This document shows, in pieces, positions 11,143 through 22,086 of a stretch of 64,000 nt of DNA. The stretch is from the NCBI RefSeq assembly GCF_053078305.1, contig NZ_CP166879.1, one strand, 5' to 3'. Below the pieces are notes generated by a model, which had not been told where the DNA came from, searched no databases, and saw nothing but the letters and a program-made list of their open reading frames with translations. A program made the position numbers and the translations under genes. Position 1 is the stretch's first letter, and each line of letters opens with the position of its first letter.

Positions 11143-11600
11143 ACCGACTCCTGATTCAATTGTATGATGGTATTCATTGAACAGAACAATGGATCCCCCA
11201 CCGTTGCTGACCACAAAACATTTACGCGATTAATACTGCGCGTAATATAATTAAAAATCCAGCATTCTCAACCCATTACGAAAGAAGATGGCATTGTGGA
11301 ATAGCCAGACTTCCTCGTGTTAACGTCCGATCATTGGAGTAGTCACCAAAGCAGATTTAGCCAGCATGGAACAAATATCTTTGGTGAAATGTTGGTTACG
11401 GGAAGCCGGAGCGCACAACGTGTTAGTAACCAGTGCGGTTAATAACAATGGAGTTACAGAACTTTTTGCCTTGCTGCATACAGAAGATGTCTGTCGCTAA
11501 TTTCGATAGGTTATCAGATGGGAATGATGACTTTGATACACAGAAAAGAATCAATGAGCAATGAGGGTTGCCGGGCAACCCTCATTGAATAAAACAGGAA

Positions 11601-11930
11601 TTACTTCGCTTCGCCGTTTTTCATTTCGCCCATAGCTTTCAGCTTTTTGGAGATATCACGGCGTTCTTTGGAGAGCTCGGCATTTTTGATGATGTAATCG
11701 TCAACGCGATCTTCATAGTCACCTTTCATGCTGGCGATGATGCCCTGGATTGCTTCAACGCTCATCCCCGGCTTGATGTAATCGCTCAGGTTGTCCAGCA
11801 GCAGGACGCGCTTCTGGTTGTCACGGATCTTTTTCTCAACGTCCTGAATTTCACGTTGCAGTTTGTTCTTACGACGGAACAGACGAACAAATTCCAGTAC
11901 GTCCTGGAATGAAGGCTTGGTAGTTTCCAT
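11601..11930 (-). CDS. yeeX: DUF496-family protein YeeX
   Basis: ORF 11601..11996; conserved start [27 protein letters not shown] gives 109 aa. Confidence 0.85.
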   Translation of the reverse strand: METTKPSFQDVLEFVRLFRRKNKLQREIQDVEKKIRDNQKRVLLLDNLSDYIKPGMSVEAIQGIIASMKGDYEDRVDDYIIKNAELSKERRDISKKLKAMGEMKNGEAK

Positions 11931-12101
11931 TTTTATACCCCTGATAATGTGAGAGTCGGATTCGTTTAAGCAACCGCTATTCGTTAGGGCCAACATTACT
12001 CATAGCTGCCGCAGATGACAATGCTTTTATCCCTTTTCACTATCATACCCTTTATCCTTGCTGAATCGAAGCAGCAGCAAGATGATTCTGAAGTTCAGGA
12101 A

Positions 12102-13160
12102 TTATTTGCGCAAGGCCCGGCAAATCAGATTCGATAGCAACTCAAGCTGATGCGCCGTTTCCATGTTCAGCCACACATAACCATAGATTGGTGTTTCCAC
12201 AACCTTCAGGTCATGGTGGTTATTGAGCAACTGACGCAGCTCTTCCACAGCATCGTTCAATTTTTCCGTATTGGCAAAAACCGGCTGCGGATTACCTTCG
12301 TACAGCGCATGAACAAGGCTCAGCAGTATTTGCTGCATCATGTGCTGGGTGTCACGAAGTTTTTGCGCGTTCAATAACACGAAATGGCTGGGGCGCGTGG
12401 CCCAGTATGCATTGATTTGCAACTCCAGCATACAAACCAGATTGCGGTTAATGGTCTGGATACCTTCATATATCGATTTTGGAATACGGGTTTCTTTGCT
12501 GGCGGGCGCAATCAACCCACGCATTTTCACGGCATCGGTCAAGAGTTTTTGTAGATGGCTTTCCAGACGTGGGCGTTCGAGTAAGTTCGGTGAGAATGCA
12601 GATTGATAGACCCGATTATACTCGGTCAGACTTTTCGCCAGTTGAATACGCCAGTGGATGAACGCCCGTTGTGGCCAGATACCGGTAAACAACATTGCCA
12701 GTAAAGAGCCGAGGATCACATCGCCGCTTCGCCATAACGCCGTATCAATTTCACCTGTAGGGGAACCCACAACAATTGCCAGCGTCACCCCAATCAATAA
12801 ACCTTGATACGGTTTCTTGCCCAGCGCCAGCCAACCGCAAAGAAACATAGCCGCCGCGCACCAGACTAACATCAGCGGTAACGAAATTAACTCCAGTTGC
12901 AGAGCGATAAGACCTAAAATCGAACCCAACACCGTACCGCCAATACGCTCAAAGGCGCGAGGGACAACGTTACCCCAGAACGAGATTGGCCCCATAATCA
13001 CCACCATGGTGACCAGCGGCCAGGTGCTTTCCGGGATAGTAAACAGGCGGATAATGAGAAAAGTGAGCAGGAATGCCAGCGCGACCCGAGTACCATGCAC
13101 AATGCGGTAATGGCGGTATACCCGGATTTCAAACGGGCTTAATGACTTATCGGCACGCAC
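12102..13160 (-). CDS. yeeA: Inner-membrane protein YeeA (FUSC-like putative transporter)
   Basis: 352-aa ORF with hydrophobic N-terminal half; synteny yeeX-yeeA-sbmC. Confidence 0.85.
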   Translation of the reverse strand: MRADKSLSPFEIRVYRHYRIVHGTRVALAFLLTFLIIRLFTIPESTWPLVTMVVIMGPISFWGNVVPRAFERIGGTVLGSILGLIALQLELISLPLMLVWCAAAMFLCGWLALGKKPYQGLLIGVTLAIVVGSPTGEIDTALWRSGDVILGSLLAMLFTGIWPQRAFIHWRIQLAKSLTEYNRVYQSAFSPNLLERPRLESHLQKLLTDAVKMRGLIAPASKETRIPKSIYEGIQTINRNLVCMLELQINAYWATRPSHFVLLNAQKLRDTQHMMQQILLSLVHALYEGNPQPVFANTEKLNDAVEELRQLLNNHHDLKVVETPIYGYVWLNMETAHQLELLSNLICRALRK

Positions 13161-13358
13161 GCAGAAACTCCGTAATGAAGATTAAAAGCGCTCATAACTC
13201 ATCTGTCGGCCAGAAGGCGCGCCTCTGAATTATCCGACGGACAAACCGGGAACAGTGTAATTTCCCGGCAGGAGCGAAAAAATTGAAAGGCGCATCTTAC
13301 TCTTTTCGCTTTCAAAAAAAAGAGTGGTCATCGCGTTAACACACCGCCCTGAGATGAA

Positions 13359-13832
13359 TTAGTGATGTTTTGGCTGCACCGCAACATACATTTCGATATC
13401 CCAGTACCCATCTTCCGCGCCATTGTTCAAATAAACCTCGAAGCAGGGCTTTGGTAACATTTCATAAGCACTGTCCTGCAAGAGGCTATTAAAGAACTGA
13501 TACCAGGGTTTAGCAAAATCATCACCGACTACACGAGCTACCGCCACCGCATACTGACCACCTGAAATTTCTGTCAGAATGACGCCCTCACTGTTTTCGG
13601 GAAGCGTAAAGTAACCCGGCACCGTCACGACGGTGTCGCAGCGTAATTTTTCGGCGGGTGTTTCATCTGGATTGTCGTAATAGACAGCAACCCACTCCTT
13701 CGGCACAATATTTTTACTATCTACCCACATCATCAACTGCTCAAAACCTTTCTTTACCGTCTGTTCCCACGGGCCAACGAGATGGAAACCTGCAACGGTA
13801 CGTTTCTCTTCCTGCTTAATCTCGTAGTTCAT
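13359..13832 (-). CDS. sbmC: DNA gyrase inhibitor SbmC (GyrI)
   Basis: 157-aa [29 protein letters not shown]; GyrI-like fold signature. Confidence 0.9.
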   Translation of the reverse strand: MNYEIKQEEKRTVAGFHLVGPWEQTVKKGFEQLMMWVDSKNIVPKEWVAVYYDNPDETPAEKLRCDTVVTVPGYFTLPENSEGVILTEISGGQYAVAVARVVGDDFAKPWYQFFNSLLQDSAYEMLPKPCFEVYLNNGAEDGYWDIEMYVAVQPKHH

Positions 13833-13848
13833 GACGCCTCCATTAACA

Positions 13849-13864
13849 CTGTTTTTATATACAG
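13849..13864. promoter_or_regulatory. LexA (SOS) box CTGT-N8-ACAG upstream of sbmC
   Basis: ctgtttttatatacag lies 17 bp upstream of the sbmC start codon; sbmC is a known SOS-inducible gene. Confidence 0.6.
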
Positions 13865-13950
13865 TATAGTTGCAAAATTAAAACCACAAGGAATGAGTGT
13901 TGATTATGCGAGCAGACTCGCACTCCTGCCAGTCTGCTGCAAAAGAAAGG

Positions 13951-15123
13951 TCAGGCCTTATGGTGGAAATAATCACTCAGGCGGGAAAACATGCCGCCTT
14001 CCCCGACAGATTCCAGGGTAACCAGCGGCCAGTGCGCCACCTCTTTATCACGGTCGTAAAGTTCAATTTCCCCTACCCGCTGATGGGCGCTAATTGGCGC
14101 GGTGAGTTCTTTACCATCAAGGGTATATTTGGCTTTGATATGTGGAATTTCGGCTTTCGGTAGCACCATCCAGAACTCTTGTTCCGTTCCCAGGTCGATA
14201 TTTTCTTTATCGCCATACCAGATGCGTTCCGTTCCGACCTTTTTCCCACGGTGCAAAATTTGCACCGTAGTAAAGTTTTGTTGCCCCCAACGTAGTAATT
14301 TTCTTGCCTCTTCCTCACGACCTTTTGCACTGTCAGCCCCCATTACCACTGCAATGAGACGACGCTGCCCATCTACAGCCGAAGCAATGAGATTAAACCC
14401 GGCACCAGAAGTATGACCCGTTTTCAGGCCGTCAACATTCATGGTTTTATCCCACAATAACCCGTTACGGTTTTGCTGGGTGATACCGTTCCAGGTGAGG
14501 CTTTTCTCACTGTACATATGATAAAACTCGGGCTCGCCGTGGATGATAGCACGAGAAAGCACAGCTAAATCATAAGCCGAGCTATGCTGACCTGGCGCAT
14601 CCAGGCCATGCACTGTTTCAAAATGCGTATCCTTGAGATGCAGCTTCTCGGCATAGTTGTTCATCATTTCAACAAACTGCCGTTGCCCACCGGCAATATA
14701 GTCAGCCAGAGCAACACAAGCGTCATTTCCGGAATCAACAATTAAACCACGGCTTAAATCACGTACCGATACGCGATCGCCCTCTTTCAAAAACATCAGT
14801 GAAGAACCGACAAACACCGGATTGTCTTTCGCCCACGCATCGCGCCCCACGGTGACAATATCGTCTGGCGTAATGCGATGACTATCGATAGCACGATCCA
14901 CGACATAGCCCGTCATCAGCTTTGTCAGGCTGGCGGGATTGCGCTGTTGATGCTCATTACCCGCGGTGAGGATCTGACCGGTGGTGTAATCCATCAATAC
15001 CCAGGACCCGGCATGAATCTCAGGAGGCTGAGGTGAAAAAGGAATGTTTTCCGCCGCAAAACCAGACGATAAGTTAAAAACGAACAAAGAAGCAGCAATA
15101 ATAAGACGGCGTTTCAACAGCAA
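13951..15123 (-). CDS. dacD: D-alanyl-D-alanine carboxypeptidase DacD (PBP6b)
   Basis: 390-aa ORF with signal peptide and SxxK motif (ASLTKLMT). Confidence 0.9.
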   Translation of the reverse strand: MLLKRRLIIAASLFVFNLSSGFAAENIPFSPQPPEIHAGSWVLMDYTTGQILTAGNEHQQRNPASLTKLMTGYVVDRAIDSHRITPDDIVTVGRDAWAKDNPVFVGSSLMFLKEGDRVSVRDLSRGLIVDSGNDACVALADYIAGGQRQFVEMMNNYAEKLHLKDTHFETVHGLDAPGQHSSAYDLAVLSRAIIHGEPEFYHMYSEKSLTWNGITQQNRNGLLWDKTMNVDGLKTGHTSGAGFNLIASAVDGQRRLIAVVMGADSAKGREEEARKLLRWGQQNFTTVQILHRGKKVGTERIWYGDKENIDLGTEQEFWMVLPKAEIPHIKAKYTLDGKELTAPISAHQRVGEIELYDRDKEVAHWPLVTLESVGEGGMFSRLSDYFHHKA

Positions 15124-15325
15124 ACCCTCAGGAGTTTCAAATAGCTGTTCTTTTTACGGAAATACTTATGAACTGGCTGGAATAAAGTGCAAGAAAATGT
15201 GACTACCCTCTCATTTTTATCTGACATGATCTGTTGCCACTCGCTGCCAAATTGTGGCGCTAAAGCTGATTAGCACGGTGATATTTGATACTCTGGCAGA
15301 CAGCAGAAATAACGGATTTAACCTA

Positions 15326-16753
15326 ATGATGAATGACGGTAAGCAACAATCTACCTTTTTGTTTCACGATTACGAAACCTTTGGCACGCACCCCGCGTTA
15401 GATCGCCCTGCACAGTTCGCAGCCATTCGCACCGATAGCGAATTCAATGTCATCGGCGAACCCGAAGTCTTTTACTGCAAGCCCGCTGATGACTATTTAC
15501 CCCAGCCTGGAGCCGTATTAATTACCGGTATTACCCCGCAGGAAGCACGGGCGAAAGGAGAAAACGAAGCCGCGTTTGCCGCCCGTATTCACTCGCTTTT
15601 TACCGTACCGAAGACCTGTATTCTGGGCTACAACAATGTGCGTTTCGACGACGAAGTCACACGCAACGTTTTTTATCGTAATTTCTACGATCCTTACGCC
15701 TGGAGCTGGCAGCATGATAACTCGCGCTGGGATTTACTTGATGTTATGCGTGCCTGTTATGCCCTGCGCCCGGAAGGAATAAACTGGCCTGAAAATGATG
15801 ACGGTCTACCGAGCTTTCGCCTTGAGCATTTAACCAAAGCGAATGGAATTGAACATAGCAACGCCCACGATGCGATGGCTGATGTGTACGCCACTATTGC
15901 GATGGCGAAACTGGTAAAAACGCGTCAGCCACGTCTGTTTGAATATCTCTTTACCCATCGTAATAAACACAAACTGATGGCGTTGATTGATGTTCCGCAG
16001 ATGAAACCCCTGGTTCACGTTTCCGGAATGTTTGGGGCATGGCGCGGCAATACCAGCTGGGTGGCACCGCTGGCGTGGCATCCTGAAAATCGCAATGCCG
16101 TAATTATGGTGGATTTGGCAGGAGACATTTCGCCATTACTGGAACTGGATAGCGACACATTGCGCGAGCGTTTATATACCGCAAAAACCGATCTTGGCGA
16201 TAACGCCGCCGTTCCGGTTAAGCTGGTGCATATCAATAAATGTCCGGTGCTGGCCCAGGCGAATACGCTACGCCCGGAAGATGCCGACCGACTGGGAATT
16301 AATCGTCAGCATTGCCTCGATAACCTGAAAATTCTGCGTGAAAATCCGCAAGTGCGTGAAAAAGTGGTGGCGATATTCGCGGAAGCCGAACCGTTTACGC
16401 CTTCAGATAACGTGGATGCACAGCTTTATAACGGCTTTTTCAGTGACGCCGATCGTGCAGCAATGAAAATTGTGCTGGAAACCGAGCCGCGTAATTTACC
16501 GGCACTGGATATCACTTTTGTTGATAAACGGATTGAAAAGCTGTTGTTCAATTATCGGGCGCGCAACTTCCCGGGGACGCTGGATTATGCCGAGCAGCAA
16601 CGCTGGCTGGAGCACCGCCGCCAGGTATTCACACCCGAGTTTTTACAAGACTATGCAGAAGAGATTCAGATGCTGGCGCAGCAGTATGCCGACGATAAAG
16701 AAAAAGTGGCGCTGTTAAAAGCGCTTTGGCAGTACGCGGAAGAGATTGTCTAA
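15326..16753 (+). CDS. sbcB: Exodeoxyribonuclease I
   Basis: ORF 15254..16753; conserved start MMNDGKQQSTFLFHDYETFGT at 15326 gives 475 aa. Confidence 0.9.
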   Translation: MMNDGKQQSTFLFHDYETFGTHPALDRPAQFAAIRTDSEFNVIGEPEVFYCKPADDYLPQPGAVLITGITPQEARAKGENEAAFAARIHSLFTVPKTCILGYNNVRFDDEVTRNVFYRNFYDPYAWSWQHDNSRWDLLDVMRACYALRPEGINWPENDDGLPSFRLEHLTKANGIEHSNAHDAMADVYATIAMAKLVKTRQPRLFEYLFTHRNKHKLMALIDVPQMKPLVHVSGMFGAWRGNTSWVAPLAWHPENRNAVIMVDLAGDISPLLELDSDTLRERLYTAKTDLGDNAAVPVKLVHINKCPVLAQANTLRPEDADRLGINRQHCLDNLKILRENPQVREKVVAIFAEAEPFTPSDNVDAQLYNGFFSDADRAAMKIVLETEPRNLPALDITFVDKRIEKLLFNYRARNFPGTLDYAEQQRWLEHRRQVFTPEFLQDYAEEIQMLAQQYADDKEKVALLKALWQYAEEIV

Positions 16754-16760
16754 TTTGAAG

Positions 16761-16784
16761 CCTCCGCCGCTGGTACGGCGGAGG
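16761..16784. terminator. Bidirectional hairpin between convergent sbcB and yeeD (cctccgccg ctggta cggcggagg)
   Basis: Perfect 9-bp GC-rich inverted repeat in the 42-bp convergent intergenic gap. Confidence 0.5.
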
Positions 16785-16795
16785 ACAATGTTGAG

Positions 16796-17023
16796 TCAGG
16801 CTTTTTGAACGGTGATGCTCCACGCTGCATCGCCAATCTGCTGATAATCGGTGATGACATGTCCTTCTTCTGCCGCCCACTGTGGGATTGCTTCAGTTGC
16901 CTGGGTGCAATCAAACTCAATTACCAACTCATCGCCGCTGGTCATTTCTGCCAGTGCTGCTTTTGCTTCTATGAGTGGAAACGGACAGACCTGCGTCACC
17001 ACATCCAGCTTTTTAATCGCCAT
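16796..17023 (-). CDS. yeeD: TusA-like sulfur carrier protein YeeD
   Basis: 75-aa ORF with conserved CPxP motif (QVCPFPLIEAK). Confidence 0.88.
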   Translation of the reverse strand: MAIKKLDVVTQVCPFPLIEAKAALAEMTSGDELVIEFDCTQATEAIPQWAAEEGHVITDYQQIGDAAWSITVQKA

Positions 17024-17036
17024 CTTTACACCTTAC

Positions 17037-18095
17037 TTAATTTGCCGCAGCAGTTGCCAGTCGCGCCTTACGCTGCGGTCGAACATACACAAGCCAGGAC
17101 GCAGTCCAGACTCCGAGAATCATAAATACAAGGCCAATCCAGCCCTGCCAGGTCATCATTGCAGTCATAACCAGTCCATTACCGATAGAGCAACCACCTG
17201 CAATACTGGCACCGAAGCCCATCAGTACACCACCTAACCCGCTACGTACTGTTGTTTGTGCATCAGCTGCGCGAACGCGGAACTCACGGCTCGCTTTGGC
17301 TGCAATAAATGACCCCACGAAGATCCCTAACACCAGGAAAACGCCCCAGTTAATGTATTTCACGTCACCCGCGACCAGAAATTGCAGAATATTGGCCGTT
17401 GGGGAAGTGATTCCTAACCCAAACATACGTCCGGTTGCTTCACTCAGGGGCCAGGCTAAAAGCGCAATCAAACCGATGAGTACAGCAGTGACAAAGGGAT
17501 GCCAGCGTTTTTCAAACAGAATATGAGCGATCCCGGTTCGGCGCGGCGGTAAGGTCGCGACTTTCAGTTTTGGCTTCTTCAACTCTTTCATCACCACCCA
17601 GAGCGTTATCACCAGCAAAACGGTAACCAACGGCCACACAGACAAATTAAAAGTCTCAGCAATAGAGTTATGTTCAGTACTGTAGTGCTGCAAGGTTTGA
17701 TTTAAACCACTGGCATGTGGAGAACGCATCACCGCACTCATCACCATATAAGTGAAAAGCGCGATCCAACTGCCGATCAATCCCTCACCCGCGCGATACC
17801 AGGTCCCGGTGGCACATCCACCCGCCAGAACAATTCCCAGCCCGAAGATATACCCACCTATAACAGTACCAAGCCACGGGAACGCCCCGGCTTCGTAAGT
17901 CAGTAGGCCCGCCTGAATTAACGCAAAAACCCCCACGCTTTGTACCGAAATTGCAATCAGCAAGGCGTAAAACATGCGATTATTTTTCGCGATATACATA
18001 TCGCGAAAACCACCTGTCAGGCAAAAACGCCCACGCTGCATGACAAATCCCAGCAGAGCACCACAAATTAGCCCGCTTAATATCATTGAAAACAT
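17037..18095 (-). CDS. yeeE: YeeE/YedE-family membrane protein (thiosulfate transporter TsuA)
   Basis: 352-aa polytopic membrane ORF immediately upstream of yeeD. Confidence 0.88.
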   Translation of the reverse strand: MFSMILSGLICGALLGFVMQRGRFCLTGGFRDMYIAKNNRMFYALLIAISVQSVGVFALIQAGLLTYEAGAFPWLGTVIGGYIFGLGIVLAGGCATGTWYRAGEGLIGSWIALFTYMVMSAVMRSPHASGLNQTLQHYSTEHNSIAETFNLSVWPLVTVLLVITLWVVMKELKKPKLKVATLPPRRTGIAHILFEKRWHPFVTAVLIGLIALLAWPLSEATGRMFGLGITSPTANILQFLVAGDVKYINWGVFLVLGIFVGSFIAAKASREFRVRAADAQTTVRSGLGGVLMGFGASIAGGCSIGNGLVMTAMMTWQGWIGLVFMILGVWTASWLVYVRPQRKARLATAAAN

Positions 18096-18273
18096 AAATT
18101 AATTAACCAGATGAATGTTAATGAGGAAATTATTCATGACTGGTGGAATGCAGACCAATAACCAAATTCTCTAAATTAGAACAAATGGTTATTAATGAGG
18201 ATTTCGATAAAAAAGAATAAAAAAACCGGAGCCAAATATTCATTCGACTCCGGTTGATTATTAGAAAAGATGA

Positions 18274-19632
18274 TTATGCTACGTCTTCGTACTGCGGAAC
18301 CGGGTTACGGAAGCTCTTGGTGACGCAAGCCAGGTAAATCAGACCGATAGCAGCCCAGATCAGACCCAGAACCATTGAGCTTTCTTCCAGGTTAACCCAC
18401 AGCGCACCAACGGTCAGCGCACCACACATCGGCAGGAACAGATACTGGAAGTGATCTTTCAGCGTCTTATTACGCTTCTCACGGATCCAGAACTGCGAGA
18501 TAACCGACAGGTTAACGAAGGTGAACGCCACCAACGCACCAAAGTTAATCAGCGCCGTAGCCATTACCAGGTCGAAGTTGATTGCCAGCAGGGCAATCGC
18601 GCCAACCAGGATGATGTTCATCGCCGGAGTACGCCATTTCGGGTGTACATAACCGAAGAAGCTTTTCGGGAACACGCCGTCACGACCCATTACGTACATT
18701 AGACGCGCAACACCTGCGTGCGCCGCCATGCCGGACGCCAGTACGGTAATGGTGGAGAAGATCAGCGCGCCAACCTGGAACGCTTTACCCGCAACGTACA
18801 GCATGATTTCAGGCTGTGACGCATCCGGATCTTTAAAGCGAGAGATATCCGGGAAGTACAGCTGCAGGAAGTAAGTTGCAAAGATGAAGATCATGCCGCC
18901 GATCAGCGCGGTCAGGAAAATCGCACGCGGGATCACGCGCTCTGCATCTTTGGTTTCTTCCGACAGGTTGCTGATGCCGTCAAAGCCGGTAAAGGAGAAG
19001 CACAGGATTGTCGCCCCGGTAATCATCGGGATAACATGCGCATCGCCAGACCAGAACGGACGAGTGCTCGCCAGCGTACCAGCGCCTTCACCTTCAAATA
19101 CGCCATAAACAACCATGCCCAGAATCACCGCGATCAGCACCACCTGCAACACGACGATTACAGTGTTGAAGTTCGCTACGGATTTCAGACTACGCAGGTT
19201 AAAGGCGGTCATAAAGGCCACCAGCGCCACCACAAACATCCACGATGGGATGGAAGGCACCAGAGCTTCAAAATAGATTTTCGCCAGCAGAATGTTGATC
19301 ATCGGCGCGAACAGATAGTCGAGCAGAGAAGACCAACCCACCATAAAGCCGACAGTCGGGCTGATGGATTTCTGGGCGTAAGTGTATGCAGAGCCAGCAG
19401 AAGGATAGCGGCGAACCAGCTTCCCGTAGCTCAGAGCCGTAAACAGGATCGCAATCAATGCGAACGCATAGGCTGTCGGCACATGACCATCCGTGAGGCC
19501 TGAAACGATACCAAAAGTATCAAACAGCGTCATCGGCTGCATATAGGCAAGACCCATCATTACAACCGGAACTAACGTAAGCGTTTTACGCAATTCCACG
19601 CGAGAGGTGTTTGGAGTAACGTTATGCGACAT
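18274..19632 (-). CDS. plaP: APC-family putrescine importer PlaP (YeeF)
   Basis: ORF 18274..19638; conserved start [20 protein letters not shown] gives 452 aa; amino acid permease fold. Confidence 0.88.
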   Translation of the reverse strand: MSHNVTPNTSRVELRKTLTLVPVVMMGLAYMQPMTLFDTFGIVSGLTDGHVPTAYAFALIAILFTALSYGKLVRRYPSAGSAYTYAQKSISPTVGFMVGWSSLLDYLFAPMINILLAKIYFEALVPSIPSWMFVVALVAFMTAFNLRSLKSVANFNTVIVVLQVVLIAVILGMVVYGVFEGEGAGTLASTRPFWSGDAHVIPMITGATILCFSFTGFDGISNLSEETKDAERVIPRAIFLTALIGGMIFIFATYFLQLYFPDISRFKDPDASQPEIMLYVAGKAFQVGALIFSTITVLASGMAAHAGVARLMYVMGRDGVFPKSFFGYVHPKWRTPAMNIILVGAIALLAINFDLVMATALINFGALVAFTFVNLSVISQFWIREKRNKTLKDHFQYLFLPMCGALTVGALWVNLEESSMVLGLIWAAIGLIYLACVTKSFRNPVPQYEDVA

Positions 19633-19780
19633 GGTCATTCTCCTTTACGGTGATAACCGTCGCGTAAGCAAAAAATTGCCCCATTTTTTTGGATTCCTCA
19701 GCGACAACAACTGTCGATTTTTAGTAAATATCTATCCGGTACGAAGCCCGGCCTCTTGGTATGAATGATTGGTTTGAAGC

Positions 19781-19821
19781 AAAAAATAACCGACGCTGAT
19801 GAAACGTCGGTTTTTAGTCAT
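19781..19821 (-). terminator. Rho-independent terminator downstream of yeeY (accgacg tttcatcag cgtcggt + T-run on minus strand)
   Basis: Inverted repeat and minus-strand T-run read directly. Confidence 0.5.
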
Positions 19822-19898
19822 TTTTTGACAGCGGCGCATTGTGCCTAAATGAGGGGGAAATGACAAGAGAATGAGAGGCTTGTCATAATAATTTTTCT

Positions 19899-20828
19899 TT
19901 AAATGGCTGATTTTCCGTCATCAGATTTTGCATAAACACCGGCGATCGCACTATTTGCTAAAATTTCATCCCGCCACCAGCCACTGGCAAGTCCTGCGGT
20001 CTGTTCATTCCAGCCAATCCAGACGGGTTCAAAGAGAGTTTGGGCGACCACTTTCTTCTCGATTAACGCGCCACTATCGAGAAAACGTTGCGCCAGATAA
20101 CGGGGTAAATAGCCGCAGCCGAGGCCGCTAATTTGCAGCTCCAGCTTGGTTTTAAAATCGAAAACGGTAATGGCTTCTTGTTCGTCGAGAAGTTGTGAGG
20201 CCGTAGAAGCGCCTGCCTGCGCAGTGTCCCCCACCACAATCGCCCGATATCGCTTAATGATACGACGGTTTAACGGCTCTTCTTCCTGGGCTAACGGATG
20301 ATGAGGCGCGACCGCAAAGACTTGTTCCAGATCGCCCAACCGCGAGAAACCAAACTCACTAGAAGATGGTGGCTCATGCATCGCGCCAACAATAATATCC
20401 GCTCGCCCCTGAGTCAGGGCATCCCATGAACCACCGAGTACGCCATTGATAAACTTCAGGCGCGTCACGCTATGATGTTGATAAAAAGCTTCAATCAGTG
20501 GCGCAAGCAGAGAAAAAGGAAACGTGTCGTCCACGCCAATCACCAGCTCGTTTTCCCAGCCTTCATGCAGTTTGATCGCCTGCTTTTCCAGTTCTCGCAC
20601 GGTATGCAGAACTTCCCGCCCCTTCTCTAATAACATTTTTCCGGTACGGGTGAATTTAGCGCGGTGACCGCTACGATCAAGCAATTGAATATTAAGGTCG
20701 CTTTCCAGCTTGTGAACGGTGTAACTCAGAGCGGACGGCGTCTTGTAGAGTTTGGCCGACGCCGCCGCAAAACTGCCTTCTTTTTCTAAGGCATCGAGGA
20801 TCATCAACACATCCAGCAGTGGTTTCAT
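19899..20828 (-). CDS. yeeY: LysR-family transcriptional regulator YeeY
   Basis: ORF 19899..20849; conserved start MKPLLDVLMILDALEKEGSFAAASAKL gives 309 aa. Confidence 0.85.
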   Translation of the reverse strand: MKPLLDVLMILDALEKEGSFAAASAKLYKTPSALSYTVHKLESDLNIQLLDRSGHRAKFTRTGKMLLEKGREVLHTVRELEKQAIKLHEGWENELVIGVDDTFPFSLLAPLIEAFYQHHSVTRLKFINGVLGGSWDALTQGRADIIVGAMHEPPSSSEFGFSRLGDLEQVFAVAPHHPLAQEEEPLNRRIIKRYRAIVVGDTAQAGASTASQLLDEQEAITVFDFKTKLELQISGLGCGYLPRYLAQRFLDSGALIEKKVVAQTLFEPVWIGWNEQTAGLASGWWRDEILANSAIAGVYAKSDDGKSAI

Positions 20829-20873
20829 ACACGCCCCCTTGCAGTGCATGCGGCGTCCTGCTGGCGTGATCGT

Positions 20874-21698
20874 TTACTCCAGCGGCATTACCAGCGGATC
20901 GGGATACTGGTATTCAAACCCCAGTTCATTACAAATCCGACTGCCATCAATAATCTTACCTTTGCCGCTGTCCAGACTATTTCTGAACTGCGGAGGTTCC
21001 AGCCCCAGTAAACGGGCCATCTGCGGATAGAAAACATTACGCGCAGGGTGAGCTGGCGCACATATATTATAGATGTGTCCGCCTTTAGGTGCCTGTAACA
21101 ACAGAGTGATAGCGCCAATAACATCTTCTAAATGGACTAAATTAACACCATGTTCACCATCAGGCGCGGTTTTTCCGGCAAAGAAGCGTCCGGGATGACG
21201 TCCCGGTCCGACCAGCCCCGCAAGACGCAGAATATCGACCGAAGTACCGGGTAAATTGTGCAGCCAGTCTTCGAGTTCTTCTAATACTCGTCCACTGTTG
21301 GTCACCGGATTACGCGGGGTGGTTTCTTTCACCGTGCCTTGCGCGTCGCCATAGACAGACGTTGAGCTGGTAAAAATAATTCGGGGAATACGATGGGCCA
21401 GCGCGCTATCCACTAACTCTTGTACCGCTTGTAAATAGAACTCATCGCCGGGGCCGCTACGACGTGCCGGAAGCGTAATGACCAGCGCGTCGGCATCCAT
21501 CAGGGCATCCAGATCGTCAGAATCGCAAACTAACTCAGGCTCCATGCGAAGCAGATAGCTATCAATGCCACTCATTCGGGCCGCTTCGACACCATCTTGT
21601 GTGGTTTTACTCCCGGTGACTTGCCAGCCTCGCGCTGAAAGTGACATCGCCAGCGGCATGCCTAACCACCCTAACCCGACAATTGCGACCTTTTTCAT
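20874..21698 (-). CDS. yeeZ: NAD(P)-dependent epimerase/dehydratase-family protein YeeZ
   Basis: 274-aa ORF with N-terminal Rossmann motif VAIVGLGWLG. Confidence 0.85.
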   Translation of the reverse strand: MKKVAIVGLGWLGMPLAMSLSARGWQVTGSKTTQDGVEAARMSGIDSYLLRMEPELVCDSDDLDALMDADALVITLPARRSGPGDEFYLQAVQELVDSALAHRIPRIIFTSSTSVYGDAQGTVKETTPRNPVTNSGRVLEELEDWLHNLPGTSVDILRLAGLVGPGRHPGRFFAGKTAPDGEHGVNLVHLEDVIGAITLLLQAPKGGHIYNICAPAHPARNVFYPQMARLLGLEPPQFRNSLDSGKGKIIDGSRICNELGFEYQYPDPLVMPLE

Positions 21699-21801
21699 CC
21701 GTTATCTCCTGATACACCTTAGATCTATAAGGCTACGCTAGCGTATCAAAACTGACAATTCATTCTATGAATGAAATCGAAACTGTTAGCAAATATACCA
21801 T

Positions 21802-21902
21802 TGCCTGATGCGCTCCGCTTATCAGTCCTACAAAAACATCAATATATTGAATTTACGCAACATTTGTAGACCAGATAAGGCATTCACGCCGCATCCGGCA
21901 GG
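21802..21902. repeat. REP (repetitive extragenic palindromic) elements
   Basis: gcctgatgcgctccgcttatcag and gataaggcattcacgccgcatccggca are characteristic REP motifs. Confidence 0.6.
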
Positions 21903-22056
21903 AACAAAGCCCACTTTAGTTACAGAACACAATGTTCTTGAGGGTTTTAAAGACATATTTTCACGATTTCTTTTCTAACGTAGTCACTCCAGGCCCCCTC
22001 CTTTCCCCGCTCATTCATTAAACAAATCCATTGCCATAAAATATATAAAAAAGCCC

Positions 22057-22086
22057 TTGCTTTCTAACGTGAAAGTGGTTTAGGTT
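22057..22086 (+). promoter_or_regulatory. his operon primary promoter (-35 ttgctt, 18-bp spacer, -10 taggtt)
   Basis: Hexamers read about 40 bp upstream of hisL; consistent with the known position of the his promoter. Confidence 0.45.

Noticed and set aside
11357..11491. 44-codon ORF as a functional small protein gene
   Set aside because: Looks like the C-terminal remnant of a prophage GTPase gene at the empty CP4-44 site; reported as a finding about the site, not as a CDS.
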